From the NCBI GenBank assembly GCA_028534125.1, contig CM052841.1:21824001-21888000 (forward strand): a stretch of 64,000 bases of DNA, written 5' to 3'. A program made the position numbers and the translations under genes. Below are positions 26,461-39,765 of the stretch, piece by piece. The stretch comes from Lama glama (lineage: Eukaryota). The notes beneath the pieces were generated by a model. It was given only the letters and a program-made list of their open reading frames with translations. It was not told the origin of the DNA and ran no database searches. How positions within the stretch are numbered: the stretch's first letter is position 1; every line of letters begins with the position of its first letter.

Positions 26461-27609
26461 TTCTATGGCATCTATAGCATCTTCTTTCAAATCTTTTCAA
26501 CTTGACTATCTGTATTCATCTTCCAGGTAGTAACTGTACTACAGCTGATTCTTAGGGCTATTCTCAGTAGCGACCAGTTATTGAGCTTAAATTTTTTCTT
26601 TTTTCTTTTTTTTTCTTTACAGAATGTATGCCATGATAAATATGAGTGTGTACAATACAACTTCTAATTTTCACAGTACTGAAAATTAGACTGAGTAATT
26701 CCCAACCACAAAACTGCTTTTCATTGTTTGATTACCAAACCTACTGGGGAATAGGGTGTCAGTGAATACATGACCAACCATGTTTGGCTTTCTGCTTCCA
26801 CAGAATCACTGCAAAAACTGTTGTTTCTTCCTCCATTTCTAAACAAAATTTCTCATGTATCTATGCAAACCTCTTTTAGCCATCTGACTGTGTAATATCA
26901 ATTTTGTTGTCTTTACAAGTGGCTCCACAGTCAGTTAGCTATTTTCTTTAAATAGATAATTTTGTAAATCATAGCTAACAACTTAGGGCTGAGAATGGTG
27001 TCGTAATGGACAACTCAAATTTAAGATTACTATTAATCTATCAAAGACAACCTTGAGTGTTGGTTCAAGTCACATGTGCTATGTTATCTTTACGTAGACA
27101 TGCTGTTTTCATTTGCAAGAATAAGAAGTGCACTGGGTATTGAAAACTGCAGCATATGTTTAAAATTAAGAAAGAAAATATCTTGGGTCCATATTGCACA
27201 AAATAAACTTAATTGCTATCATCACCTGACGTTTTAGGTGTATTACTTCTGGTGATTGTGCTGCTGTGTTATAGGCTGTTTTCTTATTGCTTCAATGTTT
27301 TAAACTGATGTATTATTTCAATTCTATCTTCATATGTCAGTTACCTCAACTCCAATGTGTATTACCTTCTTTGCATATTATTTTTAATTTTTCCAGAGGC
27401 AAGCCTGTGTTCTTTTCTCCTGTCTGTTGTTGTTGATAGCATTCTTACCTTAAACATTTCAAAAATTTCATATATTCCGTCTTAATAACTGACATTATCA
27501 GAACACAGTTCTCATTAGCAGAAATATATTTCCCCCTTTACAGTGACTTTCTTGCTGCACTTTTATGGAATGGCTTAAGAGCTCTGTAGCTCACTTAAAC
27601 ACTGATTAA

Positions 27610-28100
27610 TGGTCATGACTACCACACAGGAATGAAATCTGATCATGTAACTGCCTTGTCTATACACCTCTGATGTTTTACCAGTAGGATGAGAAGCTAA
27701 GTGTTTAGCCTCCAGGCTCTCACCCACCCCACCAACAGTTTTTCCTATCTTGAACGCTGTCCATTCCCACTAAATATCCTATATTTATCACAGTGTGTAT
27801 GTTCATGTGGTATCCCTTCCACTTGCTTTCCTGATCTTCCTTCTCACCATCTGGTAAATCTTCCCTGTCTATCGTACCTAACTCTTTGAAGCCCCTTTTG
27901 GAAACTGTTCCCAGTGCCTTTAGCAGACATGGTTAGTACCCAACTTTGATCTGATAATACCTTTATAAGAGTACTATATATTCTACTAATGTATTTTAGT
28001 CGGCAACTACATGTTTTCCTTTGTTCCTCTAGGATTTGAGTTCTTTATGGCAGGAACAGTGACTTTCTTCTCCTTTTCTTGCATATGATATTTCTTAAAA
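27610..28100 (+). mobile_element. L2 remnant
   Basis: 'aaatctgatcatgtaactgcc...tggtaaatcttcc...tgagttctttatggcaggaacagtg'. Confidence 0.5.
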
Positions 28101-28269
28101 TTTGTAGTAGCATAAAACCAATAAACTGCACTTCCACAGTTACATTTAAAATTTTTAAATAGTGTGATCACTTTCAGAAGCTCTTGAGAAACAGCTAAAC
28201 TGTCCATTTTTAAAGTTAATTAACTCTTGAATGATGCTTGAGTGCTGTTGGGTTGAGTGAAACCATCTA

Positions 28270-28400
28270 TGAACTGAATTTTGTCAACCTCCAATGACAG
28301 CTCTGAGAAATCTATTTCTACAGTTCTAAGCAAGACTGGATTTCTAATAAGTTTCTGGTAATGTGGAGGTCTGCCCTGGGACCATCTTTTACAGCCACTA
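28270..28400. mobile_element. hAT-Charlie MITE fragment (MER5A-like)
   Basis: 'tttctaataagtttctggtaatgtgg...ctgggaccatcttttacagccact' resembles the MER5A end. Confidence 0.5.
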
Positions 28401-28409
28401 CAGTTGAGT

Positions 28410-29110
28410 GTAAGAGAAATGACAAAGATGTATTCAGGGTGCTTCTAGAATAGAGACAAGACATCCTGAATCTATTTCAGAAGTTAATGAGTCTTTTAAA
28501 AGGAAGTAACACTTGAGCTAAGATACAAAGGCTCTCTTGGAGTTCTCTGAGCAGACAAGAATTAAAGGTATTGCAGGCCGAGAGAATGACATATGCTAAA
28601 GCAAGGTGGTATATTCACAGAACTGAAAAGTAGCTCTTATTCTGGAATGCAGGTCGTGCTGGGCAAAGTGGAAAAACACAAGCTGGAGAGATTGAGGTAA
28701 CCTTTGAAGAAAAAAGATTTGAATCAGGAAAACCTTAGTAAAATATTTGCAATTTTGAAAGCTGGTTCTCACTGCAGTGTGGAGGGAGAATGCATGGGAT
28801 GAGTTCAGTGCAAAAGTTAAAATGGACAATAAATAATGAGGGTTCAGACTACTCTAGTGACAGTACTGATGGAGAAGCGAGATGGGGGGACTCAAAAGGT
28901 GGCATCAGTAGCAATTGGATATGGTCACTAAGGAGAAATAGTCACCAAATGTACTTTCTGGATTGGCGTAATAATTTAACGGAGTGGCATATACAGAGAT
29001 GGCACGGTGGGTCTGCAGAGATCTGTGGAGGTTTGATGGTGAGGAGTAATTTATTCTGAGTTTCTCTCTGTCTGTGAAACATGTAATTGGAGACACTCAG
29101 GAAAGAGACA
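28410..29110 (-). mobile_element. L2 fragment, antisense
   Basis: Purine-rich antisense L2: 'aggaagtaacacttgagctaaga', 'ggtattgcaggccgagagaatgacatatgctaaag', 'ctcactgcagtgtggagg'. Confidence 0.65.
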
Positions 29111-29184
29111 TGGATATGAAAAATATGGATTATTTTGTTGCTGTATTAGCCTTGCTATAGATATTTATCCAACACAGAAATACC

Positions 29185-29205
29185 TATATATATATATATA
29201 TATAT
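29185..29205. repeat. (TA)10 microsatellite
   Basis: Read directly. Confidence 0.9.
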
Positions 29206-29944
29206 CTAACTACATAGACACAGAAACAAACTACACATAACCCTAATTTAATTATTAATTATTCTATTTTGACTTTATAATATTAGGAAATAGACAAAAT
29301 ATGAAATTTTAGAAAACATCAAAAAGGACATAAAGTATAATACATAATTATTATAGTTTCAAATCATGACCGTAAAGCTACCGTCGGATATCAGAATGAG
29401 TCTATCTTGGAAGCCTACTTGAAATGCATAGTTATTCTAGTAAGTTGGAAGTGACACTATAACAAAACTTAATATCATGTGTTTATAGTCATTATAGATA
29501 TTGACATTACTTCTTACAAATATGATAGAATCAGGAATTACTGCAGTTATTACGTGCCAACAATTGGCTGAAAAGTGTGCACATTAATATTTAAGAGGAA
29601 ATTTAAAAAGCCTTCAGTAATCTTCCATCATTTCAGGATTTGGTGATAGAAAGATAGATAAATAGTTTGTGCAAACATTATTCTCCTCAAAGCTGCATGC
29701 ATACTAAATACTATCCATTACAACATTTGGGGGTTTAAAGGCCATTGGGAATATCTCATTTGTAAATATAAAATGACCCAAGTCATTTCTCTGCTAAAAT
29801 CCTACAGCACCTTTCCTGTTCAGCAGGACTATGCCCAGAGCTCAACCCCATGAGGAACCATCCCTCTCTGGTCTTTGCTTCCTGAGTACCTAGCATAGTG
29901 CTTAAAGTGTGATAGTATAATATTATAGGATCCAGAGAACTGTA

Positions 29945-30054
29945 GATAGAGGGAAATCATGTATATAGAGGACTGAGTGTAAGTTTTACACATGGATTTT
30001 CAGCTGTGTGGAGGGCCAGTGCCTCTAACCCCCATATTGTTCAAGAGTCTACTC
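29945..30054. mobile_element. Tigger2-family (MER8/Tigger2a-like) terminal fragment
   Basis: 'catggattttcagctgtgtggagggccagtgcctctaacccccatattgttcaagagtctactc' followed by TA is a decayed Tigger2 terminal inverted repeat end. Confidence 0.75.
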
Positions 30055-32909
30055 TATTTAGTACGTGTTAGTTAATGTGCATCTTAGAATCACTTAATGT
30101 GTTGCAACCATTTTCTGTTTGTTTTTGCAACTTAAATGCATTGTGAAAACCTGGGCAGTGACTTCTTCCCTTTCTGGATTATTCCCTTGAGCAAAAGATA
30201 CCCTTACTCCTTTTTATTCCATTTTCATGGAATTTTTGTGGACTTAAACTACTCCTTTGCTGCTCACGAAATAAACAGAGTACATCTTCACTGCAGCTAC
30301 ATTTTTAGAGATATCAGGCCAATTTGAAATTATGTTCTAGTTAAGGCAGATAGGATGGGGAGGACAGAGTAGTAAGTGATGCTTACTAACCTGTAATTTA
30401 TTTTAAATAATTAAAACAGAGCAGCAGACAAAAAGAGTTCACAAGTATATATGAATGTGCATGTTAGGTGGTCCATATAGAACTATTTAATGGTGGATTT
30501 GCTACATTCCTATAACTGAACCACTGCTTTTTCTGTGGGAACTTGAGGCAAGGTGTGAGGGAGAGAGGGAAAAGGGTAGGAGTGTGTCAAAACTTGAGTG
30601 TTGATTCTGTGAACTAAATTTAATCAGGCCCTATTTGACATATGCAAATATATAATCATATTCTCTCTGTCTCTCATGAGACATATGCAATCTGAGTTAC
30701 CTTCAGGGAAAATCTAGCTCACTTTTGGTAAATGAGACCTCTTGTATAAACATGGACTTTAAAAACTTTACCCTATTAAATTCAGAGTCAAATCTTCTAC
30801 CTGATTGCAGTCTGGACTATGGAACAGGTGTTCTTCAAGTATGATAACCATTGTTATATCTGATGTGTGATCTCATTGGATCACTTTAATAAAATATGTG
30901 ACCAGATCATCCCCATGACTTTATTGCCAATGTTGGGTTAACTTGCTTTTACTTTTTATTATTTATATAATACTGATTTTCTAATTAATAAAAGGCCTTC
31001 CTCTCTTGGACATGCACATTCTTCTTTTTAAAAGTTGTTTCTCAAGTGGCGACTACTAGTAAAAAGTCAGCATCTCACTTCATTTTATAAGTTTGGAGCT
31101 CAGCAGTGCCTCATTTAAATGAGATTGGCAATTAATTGAACAATTGAGTTTTAATAGCTCTGGGGGAAGATAGTGAAAATGGATATTCATTTCATGGAGT
31201 GGAGAAAAATGGAAAGAATCCACAGGAAGCTGTGCCTTGAGCTCAAAAAGTAATAACAAAATATCTGGAAAGTTTAAGAAAAATAATCCTTCCCTGAGAT
31301 ATTAGCCATCCTTTTCTATGTAAAACCAGCTAACACACTAAATGTTCCCTAGGTGCTTTCAAACTGCTGAGATTTTAATGCTTTAATGGATACTGTATTA
31401 TTTAATGCCAGTTGATAGTATTTAATTCATTATTCATTATTGAAATAATTAAGGCAGTTTTTAGTCCTGGGAGTTATAAGGCCTCCAAAATATTGTCATC
31501 ATGAATTAATGTGTCCAGGTAAATCTGTTGGAGAAGGGAGTGCATTATTGTAACAGCTGTAATACTAGATAATGTCTAAATTAAATACCCTAAAGTGACA
31601 TTTCTTAGGAAACATGATCTTCTTTATTGACAATCCACCCAGAGAGCTTTCCTTATTGTAGCCTACTGTCAATTTGTAATATTTTGATGAGGATGATTTT
31701 GGCATTTTTAAGAAGTAGCTACCATTTTCTTCCAGTCTTCTTTTGAGATCACATGAGAAAAGTTCATTCAGAAAGACTAAATGGTGAATGGTATAACTTG
31801 TCCTCGGCAGTGTGTGTAGATATTAATAGGTTTGCACAGGAGTTGAGATGGAACCTGAAGCATTTTGACAGAAAAGTTTTTGTTTTGAGGAGAACTGGAG
31901 GATCTCTGGAGCTTCCAAGTATCTGCCAAGATAAGGATGCATGATTAGTATTACCATACTTGTCCCAAAATAAAATTTAAAATATTCATTAGAGAGATTA
32001 TTTTCTGCTAAGTTTATGCACACTTGAATTCTAAAATTACTCTACTAGAATTGAAACATAAACAAAATGTAAATACTAGCTTCATTTGTATTTTAGTCAT
32101 AATATTAAACAGTAGTTACAAAATTTTTGCATAAGTGAAAAATGCAGAATAAATAGCAATGTTTCATAAATACTCATAATAACACTTTTTACTTACGTGA
32201 TAGTATGCAGGATTTTTCAGGGGAAAAGAGGAGAACTTTTATCATTTGTGTGTTAAAGGGGGAGAAAGTGAAACAAAGGAAGTTTTCATTGAAGGTTAGA
32301 GATATAGTTAATAGTCAAGAAAGATGATTCTGTCTATTTTGAATTATGAAAAAATGCATTAAGTCTGGCTTTAAGCCAGTTTTAGTATTAATGGGATTTA
32401 TCTGGCTGATGGCCATGGACCGAGAAAGAACTGACTCTTAAAGAGCCCCTGCAGCTCCATATGAGATGATTCAGGATCTCCCCAGTCTCCTAATACTTTA
32501 GAAATTAAACTTCTTCTTCATTCTGTTGAAATAGTCTGGTGTTTCTAGATAACTTCTAGACTACTTATCATTTATTTCTTGCCTAAGTAAGTAAAATGTG
32601 CATATTTATTTTTATTACACATTTAAAGTAGCACTAGTGACTTAAAGTTGCCTAAGAATGAAAAAAAAATTATGCCTGACTCTCTATAGAGTTTTCAGAA
32701 CTTAGGTAAATCTAATAATGAAAAATTCAAAGGTATTAACAACAGCAGCATCAAAACAAAATGAATAAGAAACCCAGAACCAACTACATCATTTTGAGGT
32801 ACACTTCAAAATGTGTTCAAAGTTTTGTTTTGTTTTGTTTTGTTTTTTAAATTGTAGAAACAGTAGAGCATTAACCCAAGTTTGGAGCCTTTTGTGACTG
32901 CATGTGCAA

Positions 32910-33500
32910 ACACATGTGGCAAGTCCTAAATAAACCAACTCATGGAAGATTTAGCCTCACTAGTAGTCAAGGAAATGCAAATTATCAAAGCATTGCTGTA
33001 TGTTTGCAAAGGAATTTTAGCATTAAGTTAGCATTGGATTTCATTTTAACACTAAATTTCCAGCATGCTCAAATGGCAGCCCTAGTTGCCATCCATCCAT
33101 GCATACTTCTGGCCTTAGAAGTAGCAGTGCATAGCAAGAGGCAGAAAATACTCATATCCTTCCACTTGGTACTTGTAGTCCTAGGAGTTTAACTTACAGA
33201 AATAATTCAGTAGAAACCGAAAGATTCATGAACACAAATATTTAGCATAAGGATTGCTATATAATGGCAATAATTATAATCAATCTAAATGTACTCAACT
33301 AGAATAATAATTTATGATTTATCAACAGCTTTGGGGATATAAACCAGCTTTTAAATAGTTAGCGTTGCAGTATTTTGAAGCTTTGGAAATGTTTATGATA
33401 TGTGTAAAAGTAGTATCATGCAAACCAATATGGACATAGTGCTCTGTTTAGTAGTGATACAATGTAAAATGTACATTAAAATATGGAAAATAATATGCAG
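32910..33500 (+). mobile_element. Old L1 (L1ME-type) ORF2 end and 3' region
   Basis: 'gatttagcctcactagtagtcaaggaaatgcaaatt...ctaggagtttaacttacagaaataat...caatctaaatgtac'. Confidence 0.65.
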
Positions 33501-33589
33501 AAGATAAAAGCTTATGTTGGAGGATGGAAATGTTAACATTGTCCTCGAAATATTTTTTTCAAGCCAGACAATACACATGGAATTCAGAA

Positions 33590-33765
33590 GGATCTTTTCT
33601 ACACATCCTACTAGGTTGTTATCTAATCTGTGTCTGAATGCCTCTGAGGAGGATGACTCAAGTACCTCTCTGAGCAGTTATTCTATTAACTCCCCTTGTA
33701 GAATTTTTTATGATGTTTAGTCTTAATTTCTTCTTTTTAGCTTTAGACTGTTATTCTTCATTTCA
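33590..33765 (-). mobile_element. L3/CR1 fragment
   Basis: 'gttatctaatctgtgtctgaatgcctctgaggagg...ctcaagtacctctctgagcagttattc'. Confidence 0.55.
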
Positions 33766-36700
33766 GACTTTTACTACCATTTTAAAATATTTTAATAGTC
33801 CTTGCAAATTCCTTATAATTGGTTTTTCCGTAAATGAGGAATTTTCCTGAAGTCAGTTTATGTACATAACTGCCCTGTGGATGCAGTGCAGAAAGTCTCG
33901 TTTCTGCAATGCTGTTAACAAGGAGACACCTCTGTCCTTGGATCATAACCTCAGGACTTTTTATGTTAAGAGGACATCATGGAAGGTCTTGGGGAAGGTT
34001 TGGTTTTGGTTTTTCTTGAGACGATGGAGTTCTTAGAGATTCTCTCCTGACTGTTAATCTTTTTTGCTTCAGTTTCTTTATTTATAAAATTAAGTTCTGT
34101 GTCAAAGCCACTCCAATTTGTGGCTAACTAAAGACTTTAATCTAGTTTTACTGAAATCCGGAACTTGCCTACGATATTTAATAAAAGAACTCACTGAGTA
34201 CTACCCATATTTGTTTATAAATTATGTGGAAAAAAATTTTGCACTGCAGTGTTGTCCACTTTTGGGTTGAATTTCTGTATCACCACTGTAGCTTTATTTT
34301 TGTTTCCCCCAATTTAATTCTTTCATAACTCTGGCTTTTTCACATGATTCTCCAGTACCATGTAATCAGCCTGAAAGAGACCGTGACCAAAAGCTGTCAC
34401 CAGAAACTCTCCTCTCTAGATGCTGGGATGAGTTGAGACTTAGTGTTGATAGACTCTTATCAGAGCGTACTCTCAGAGATAATGGGCAATTTCCTCTGCT
34501 TCCAGCAGCAGCTTATTTATACAGTTCCACAGGGTTGCAGGCTTTACTATAGGAACAAGTCACAGCAGTTACTGTGAGTTTCCCTTCAATCAAAACAAAA
34601 CAAACAAAAGAGGGGACATAAAAAATGTGCGCTATTTCATCACACACTGGTTTTCTCCATCTAAAAAATATTTTTAAAAAATTCCACCATTGTTTAATTG
34701 TTATTCTATCAGAAAGATAATATCCTCCTCAGCAAGGTAGGTGAAGAAAACCACTGGTTTTTAATTGCTTCAGTTTGCAAAATGCTTGTTTTTCTTATGT
34801 TTATGTAAGGATAGTATAAGCTAAGTCCTCGTGGATCATCTTTATGGTGTCTTGCCTGCCAGATTTTAGAATTCTCAGCTTTCTCCGCCCTCTTATTTTT
34901 AGCTTAGGTTACTACCAATTAGAAATTTGAAGTCAAGTATTTCAGAAAGTTGAATGTAACTATTTACTTAGTAAGCTTTGTTGTTGTTGGGACCAGTTAA
35001 CTCTCTCTCTTTGCTGAGACCCCATATTGTTGTGGATTCACCAGGCAGGGTTAGAGAGGGGCGGTAGACAGTATTAGTAGGAAACTCTTCAAAAAAGAAG
35101 TTTAATAATGACAAGAAAGCATAACTTGTTCAACTCCAGTGATAAACACCAAATGGGCTTATTGTTCAAGGTAACAACTGATAGATGAACTATGCCACGG
35201 GAACCCAGGAAAAGGAGCACTTTGTGCATTCCTGTGGGCACTCTGTGGCAGCTTGGTGCTTTTATGAGAGAGCATGGTGCTTTTGTGTGTTAGCCTGTGG
35301 AAATGATTCCACTTCTGAAATGCTTCAAGAGTGTTTAAGTGTAATGGGCTTTGTACTGCTTGCCTGGTCTGTACCCTGAGTAGAGCATACTCAGACCATT
35401 CAGTTTGAACTCCATTTTATCTGGCTCTTTATCCATTAATTTTCTCCTGACCTTGGGCATAAAATATATGTGCTTTTTATGCTGCGGTGCTTTGTGCAGA
35501 CAAAGAGAAATAGCATAACCTATCCATCACCATTATGAATGATGGAGCTTAAAACAAACACAGGTCAGAGACAGATATTTTAAGAGCAGATCTGTATTGA
35601 TTCCATCACAACATTGAGCTAAAAGGAAAAGAACTCTGAGACTATAAATGATGAAGCAAGCTTTGACAAATAGCCACAGCCACGCAAGTCCCACGCAAGT
35701 CTACTTAAGAATGTGCCCCACGGGCAGTCATTGATAAGAAAACAGAATTTGTTGTTATTATGAAAATCCACCTCCCTTACGTGTATTTGTTACCATACTT
35801 TACATAGCACATTTGAACGTGAATGTTTCCTCTTCCTTAGTGTCTCTGACTCTTGAAAGCTTTTTTGTTAAGAGAAGCATAAAAGCTTCGTAAACTCCTT
35901 AATCTTTATTAAGTTGTTGCTTTTGAAATAATCAAACTACCCTTTAACAGTAGGTGGTGGCTTATTTGTTTTGCAATTTGGTTTTGAGCACATCTGTTGA
36001 AGATTTTGCAAGTGTCCATGTTGTGGTAAAATAGCATATTATTGAAGCATAATAAATTACAATTATTTATTATCACCGTTACTGTTCATAATCTCAATTC
36101 ACATACAAAGAGCCCCACTATTTCATATAAGTCACATATATTATCAAGTTAAGTAGTCTTAATCCACTTTCCCAGTCATTGAGACTCGAATGGACTAGAG
36201 TTCTACCGTAAGAACAGTCACCCTTGTTCTTAGAAAAGACCATGCAACTGAGGAAAATGTCCATTCATGTTGCTGCAGTTGTGCTCGGCAACTTCACCAG
36301 GCAAAGTGTTTTTCTCCCTAACAATTAACTGAATTACATACCCAGATGTTGTTATATCAGAAATGGCAGTAGATAACTAGAGATTAGATGCTGAAAGGAA
36401 AAACATACCGGGTATCGCATGTCCCTCTGACAATTCTGTAAGGATGAAGGAAGAAATCTATTTTTCGGAGAAGTGGAAAAGTCCCAAATGTAAAGTTTAT
36501 TTTCCTGACACTGAAATATCACCTTATAGAATATTTTAAACAAGTGATTGTTGTTTAAAAACTAACAATGTATTTTAAAGCTCTTCACCTAAAATTCCTA
36601 CCTATTCCTGTTAGAATTACAGTGAAGAAAATGTGAGTACCAAATTTTGTTCATTTGTATGTACACTGTGATTTAAAGTGCACGATAATATTTTTATCCA

Positions 36701-36859
36701 GTAGTAGCTTATGAACGCAATACTGAACTTGAATTATGTACTGAACCTCTGGACTCAGTGGTTGTTTTAGGGATCCCACACTGTATCTCCTATTTCAGTT
36801 GTTGGTTCTAAGCAGTAAATTTACTTCTGGGCTTTTCTAGATTCATTTTATTTTATGCT

Positions 36860-36991
36860 ACTTTATTTATTTCTTAATTGAAGTGTAGTCAGTTACAGTG
36901 TATCAATTTCTGGTGTACAGCATATGAAAACGTACGTGGTGTGTGTGTGTGTATATATATATATATGAATGACTGAGACATTATGCTGTAC
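36860..36991 (-). mobile_element. Very short, relatively young camelid-type L1 3' end with an internal inversion
   Basis: T-rich tail plus antisense 'attgaagtgtagtcagttacagtgtatcaatttctggtgtacagcata', then sense 'tgaaaacg...tatatgaatgactgagacattatgctgtac'. Confidence 0.8.
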
Positions 36992-37039
36992 TCCTTCTAA
37001 TAACTTGTAGTTTTGATCAGTGTTAAAAACTGAAAAACA

Positions 37040-37320
37040 CTGGATTGTTAAGTCAGAACATTTTCTTCCAGTATGGAGTCTGCTGTTAGCCACAGAGGAG
37101 TCATTCTCTCTGGTTTGTTTCCTCACGATAAAACGGAGTTGAACCAAAGCACTTCCTCCCTCATTCCTTGTTCCTCTTCTCTCTCCCTTCTTTCCTTTCC
37201 CTTCCATATAAAATAACTACCACCCTGGGTTTTCTGAGAATTAAGTAATGATGTGTGAAAAGGGCCTAGTACAGTACTTGCAGTATAATGTCTGCCCAAT
37301 AAGTGGTGGTCACTGTTTCT
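37040..37320 (+). mobile_element. MIR SINE, interrupted by a pyrimidine-rich stretch
   Basis: 'tctctggtttgtttcctcacgataaaacggag' and 'ctgagaattaagtaatgatgtgtgaaaagggcctagtacagtacttg...caataagtggtgg'. Confidence 0.6.
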
Positions 37321-38959
37321 TCTTTCTTTCTTCCTCATCATTTAACTATGTTCCATTAAACATTCTCAAGCTGGAGGGGCTATTATGTGCAAAGCACAGG
37401 TTCAAGGGCCCTGTGAATCACTTGCTGAACTTGTCCTGAAGGTGTTCATATTCTCTTAGAGGGAAGAAAAACCACACTTGTTATATACAGATTACTCTTT
37501 AAGGTAAATTTTCATATAATATTAATTGGACAGTATCATGGCCACCAAAGTTAATCATCTTAAATTATTTTATTACTGGTTAAATTTTGTTCATCAACTT
37601 ACATTTTGTCCAAATATAATGAAGATTTTAAAAAATGCTAATATATTAAAATATTCACTAGTAACAAAAATAAAATTTAAGTGTACAGGGCTTCATTTGA
37701 ATATGGGGTGTCAAGTGTCTAAGGCCAAGTCACGGGATCTCACAAAAGCGAGCTGTCTGTAACTGTTGTTGAAATATAAGTAAGAGTCTATAGGACACAA
37801 CATAGTCCAAGCACCACAATCCGATAGGAATTTAGGATACTGAGAAAATATGAAGTGAGTTATTTGTTCTGAGGCAAGTTTAAAATCCTCGATCCAAGAC
37901 ACACAGGAAAGGATTCCAGATCCCTGGGTGGAGGCACATGGACCCTCTGTTCTGGTCCTTTTGTTTCCCTGGGGTTAACACCCAACACTGTGTGGTAAGA
38001 GCTCCCCTCCCCTCTCCCATGGGGCTTCAGCATCATAACAAAGCTTCTCTGCTCCCAGTGGGGTTCCTTTCAGAAATAACTGTGTGCAAACACAGGGACC
38101 ATATTCCATTGCAGAGCAACTTGAGAGGCCGTCTTATTGAAGTTATGGCTCTGTAATTTGTCAGGAGTATGACAGAAGCAAAAAGCGAAAGAACAAGATG
38201 AGAATAATGTTACTGTCTCTGTTACCTTCATTTGTACATGCGAGTGCTCAGCCCTTGGGGTTTGTGTATAATGTTGTAAATGTGCACTGTGGTCCAGTAT
38301 CCAAAGTTAGACTATATACACATTTCTAAAAAATACTCTAATGATGCATTTTACCATATTTTATGTATTTTTAATTACATTTGCAAATTATTCCATTAAA
38401 GACCGTGATTCTCTCTAGAGAAGGCCTGATTCTTTTTATCTTTACCTTGATTTTTGAACTATATTAACATAACTTTTTATTATTGTTATCTGTGCTTTGA
38501 TTTCACTGGTTTTGCTTATTTTTATTAAATAAAGGGAAAACATAATAAAAGACTCAAATGATTGCACATGGAGTGCTGTAGAAAGAAGAGCTGGCCTGCA
38601 GGAAGTGTTGCATTTGGTGTTTATTCTTAGACGTAAGGACGTCCTTTGAGGTGCAGCAAAAGCATGTGTATAAAAGTTGATATTTAAAAAGGGAAAAGCT
38701 ACCTGCAGTACAGACCAGTGGCTGGCAAAGCAAGTCAGCTATAGAAGCCTGATATGTAAAATATGCAGAAATAAGACTCCTTATTCTGTAGCTCCACAAA
38801 GCCACTTCTTGAAAACCTTTGCTTTGTGCTGTTTTTTTTTGTTCTCAAGCAACATAAGGTCTATAAGGTCTAAGCATATGTACGAAACACTCATAACTAA
38901 TCATGAGGGGTAAATGCTTTCTTCCTGAGCCTTTATTAAACGTATTTTATCCTTTTATA

Positions 38960-39286
38960 CAGTTGATCCTTGAACAGTGTAGGAGTTGGGGAACCGACCC
39001 TTTCTGCAGTCACAAATTCCCTTATAGCTTTTGAACCCCCCAAAACTTAACTGTTAAAAGCTTACTATTGTACCTTTGGATAACATAAACAGTCGATCAA
39101 CATATGTTGTTGTGTTATACTTATTATATACTATATTCTTAAGGTAAGCTAGAGAAAAGAAAATGGTATTAAGAAAATCATAGGGAAGAGAAAATACATT
39201 TTCAGTCCATAGATGTACTTATTGAAAAAAATCCGCATATAAGTGGACCCACGCCATTGAAACCTGTGTTGTTCAAAGGTCCATTG
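38960..39286. mobile_element. Near-complete Tigger2a-type non-autonomous DNA transposon
   Basis: TA|cagttgatccttgaaca at the left and tgttcaaaggtccattg|CA at the right form decayed terminal inverted repeats; internal 'gtaagctagagaaaagaaaatggtattaagaaaatcataggg'. Confidence 0.9.
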
Positions 39287-39765
39287 CACTTGTTTCTGGG
39301 TTGAGTTTTACAAAAGCCTTCTGCTTATTTAAAGCAGGCTCTTTAGGTTCAGACAGTATTCACTATCAGTGGGAAATTAAAAATTAACAGCTTTGAAAGA
39401 TGAGACTATTTTTTGTTATCATATAAACAGATACTGACATCTACAAATTAATGCAAGAGGCATGATGTGGAGACAAGAAAACCAGGTGTGGTGTGTGTTA
39501 GGCATTGAAAGCAAGACTCTTAACTTTTTTTTAATCACTAGTTTAACAATGGCATGTAACAGTGATTATGAAAACTCATCTGCTTGGGATAGTCCTTCTT
39601 TTGTTTTTGAAATTGATCCATCTCATGATATAAGCAGGAAGAAAGTTTGTAATTTGGGCAGAGAAAAGAAGAGAGGATAAAATTAAGAAAGAAAAAAAGT
39701 GTAGAGTGCTTAGTTTTGTTTTTTTTTTTCTTTTTCTCCCTGAAAAGCATGTTTGATGCAATCTT

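Noticed and set aside
26591-26670. Long polypyrimidine tract ending in ttacag
   Set aside because: Probably a retroelement-derived T-run next to an antisense L1; no good donor follows.
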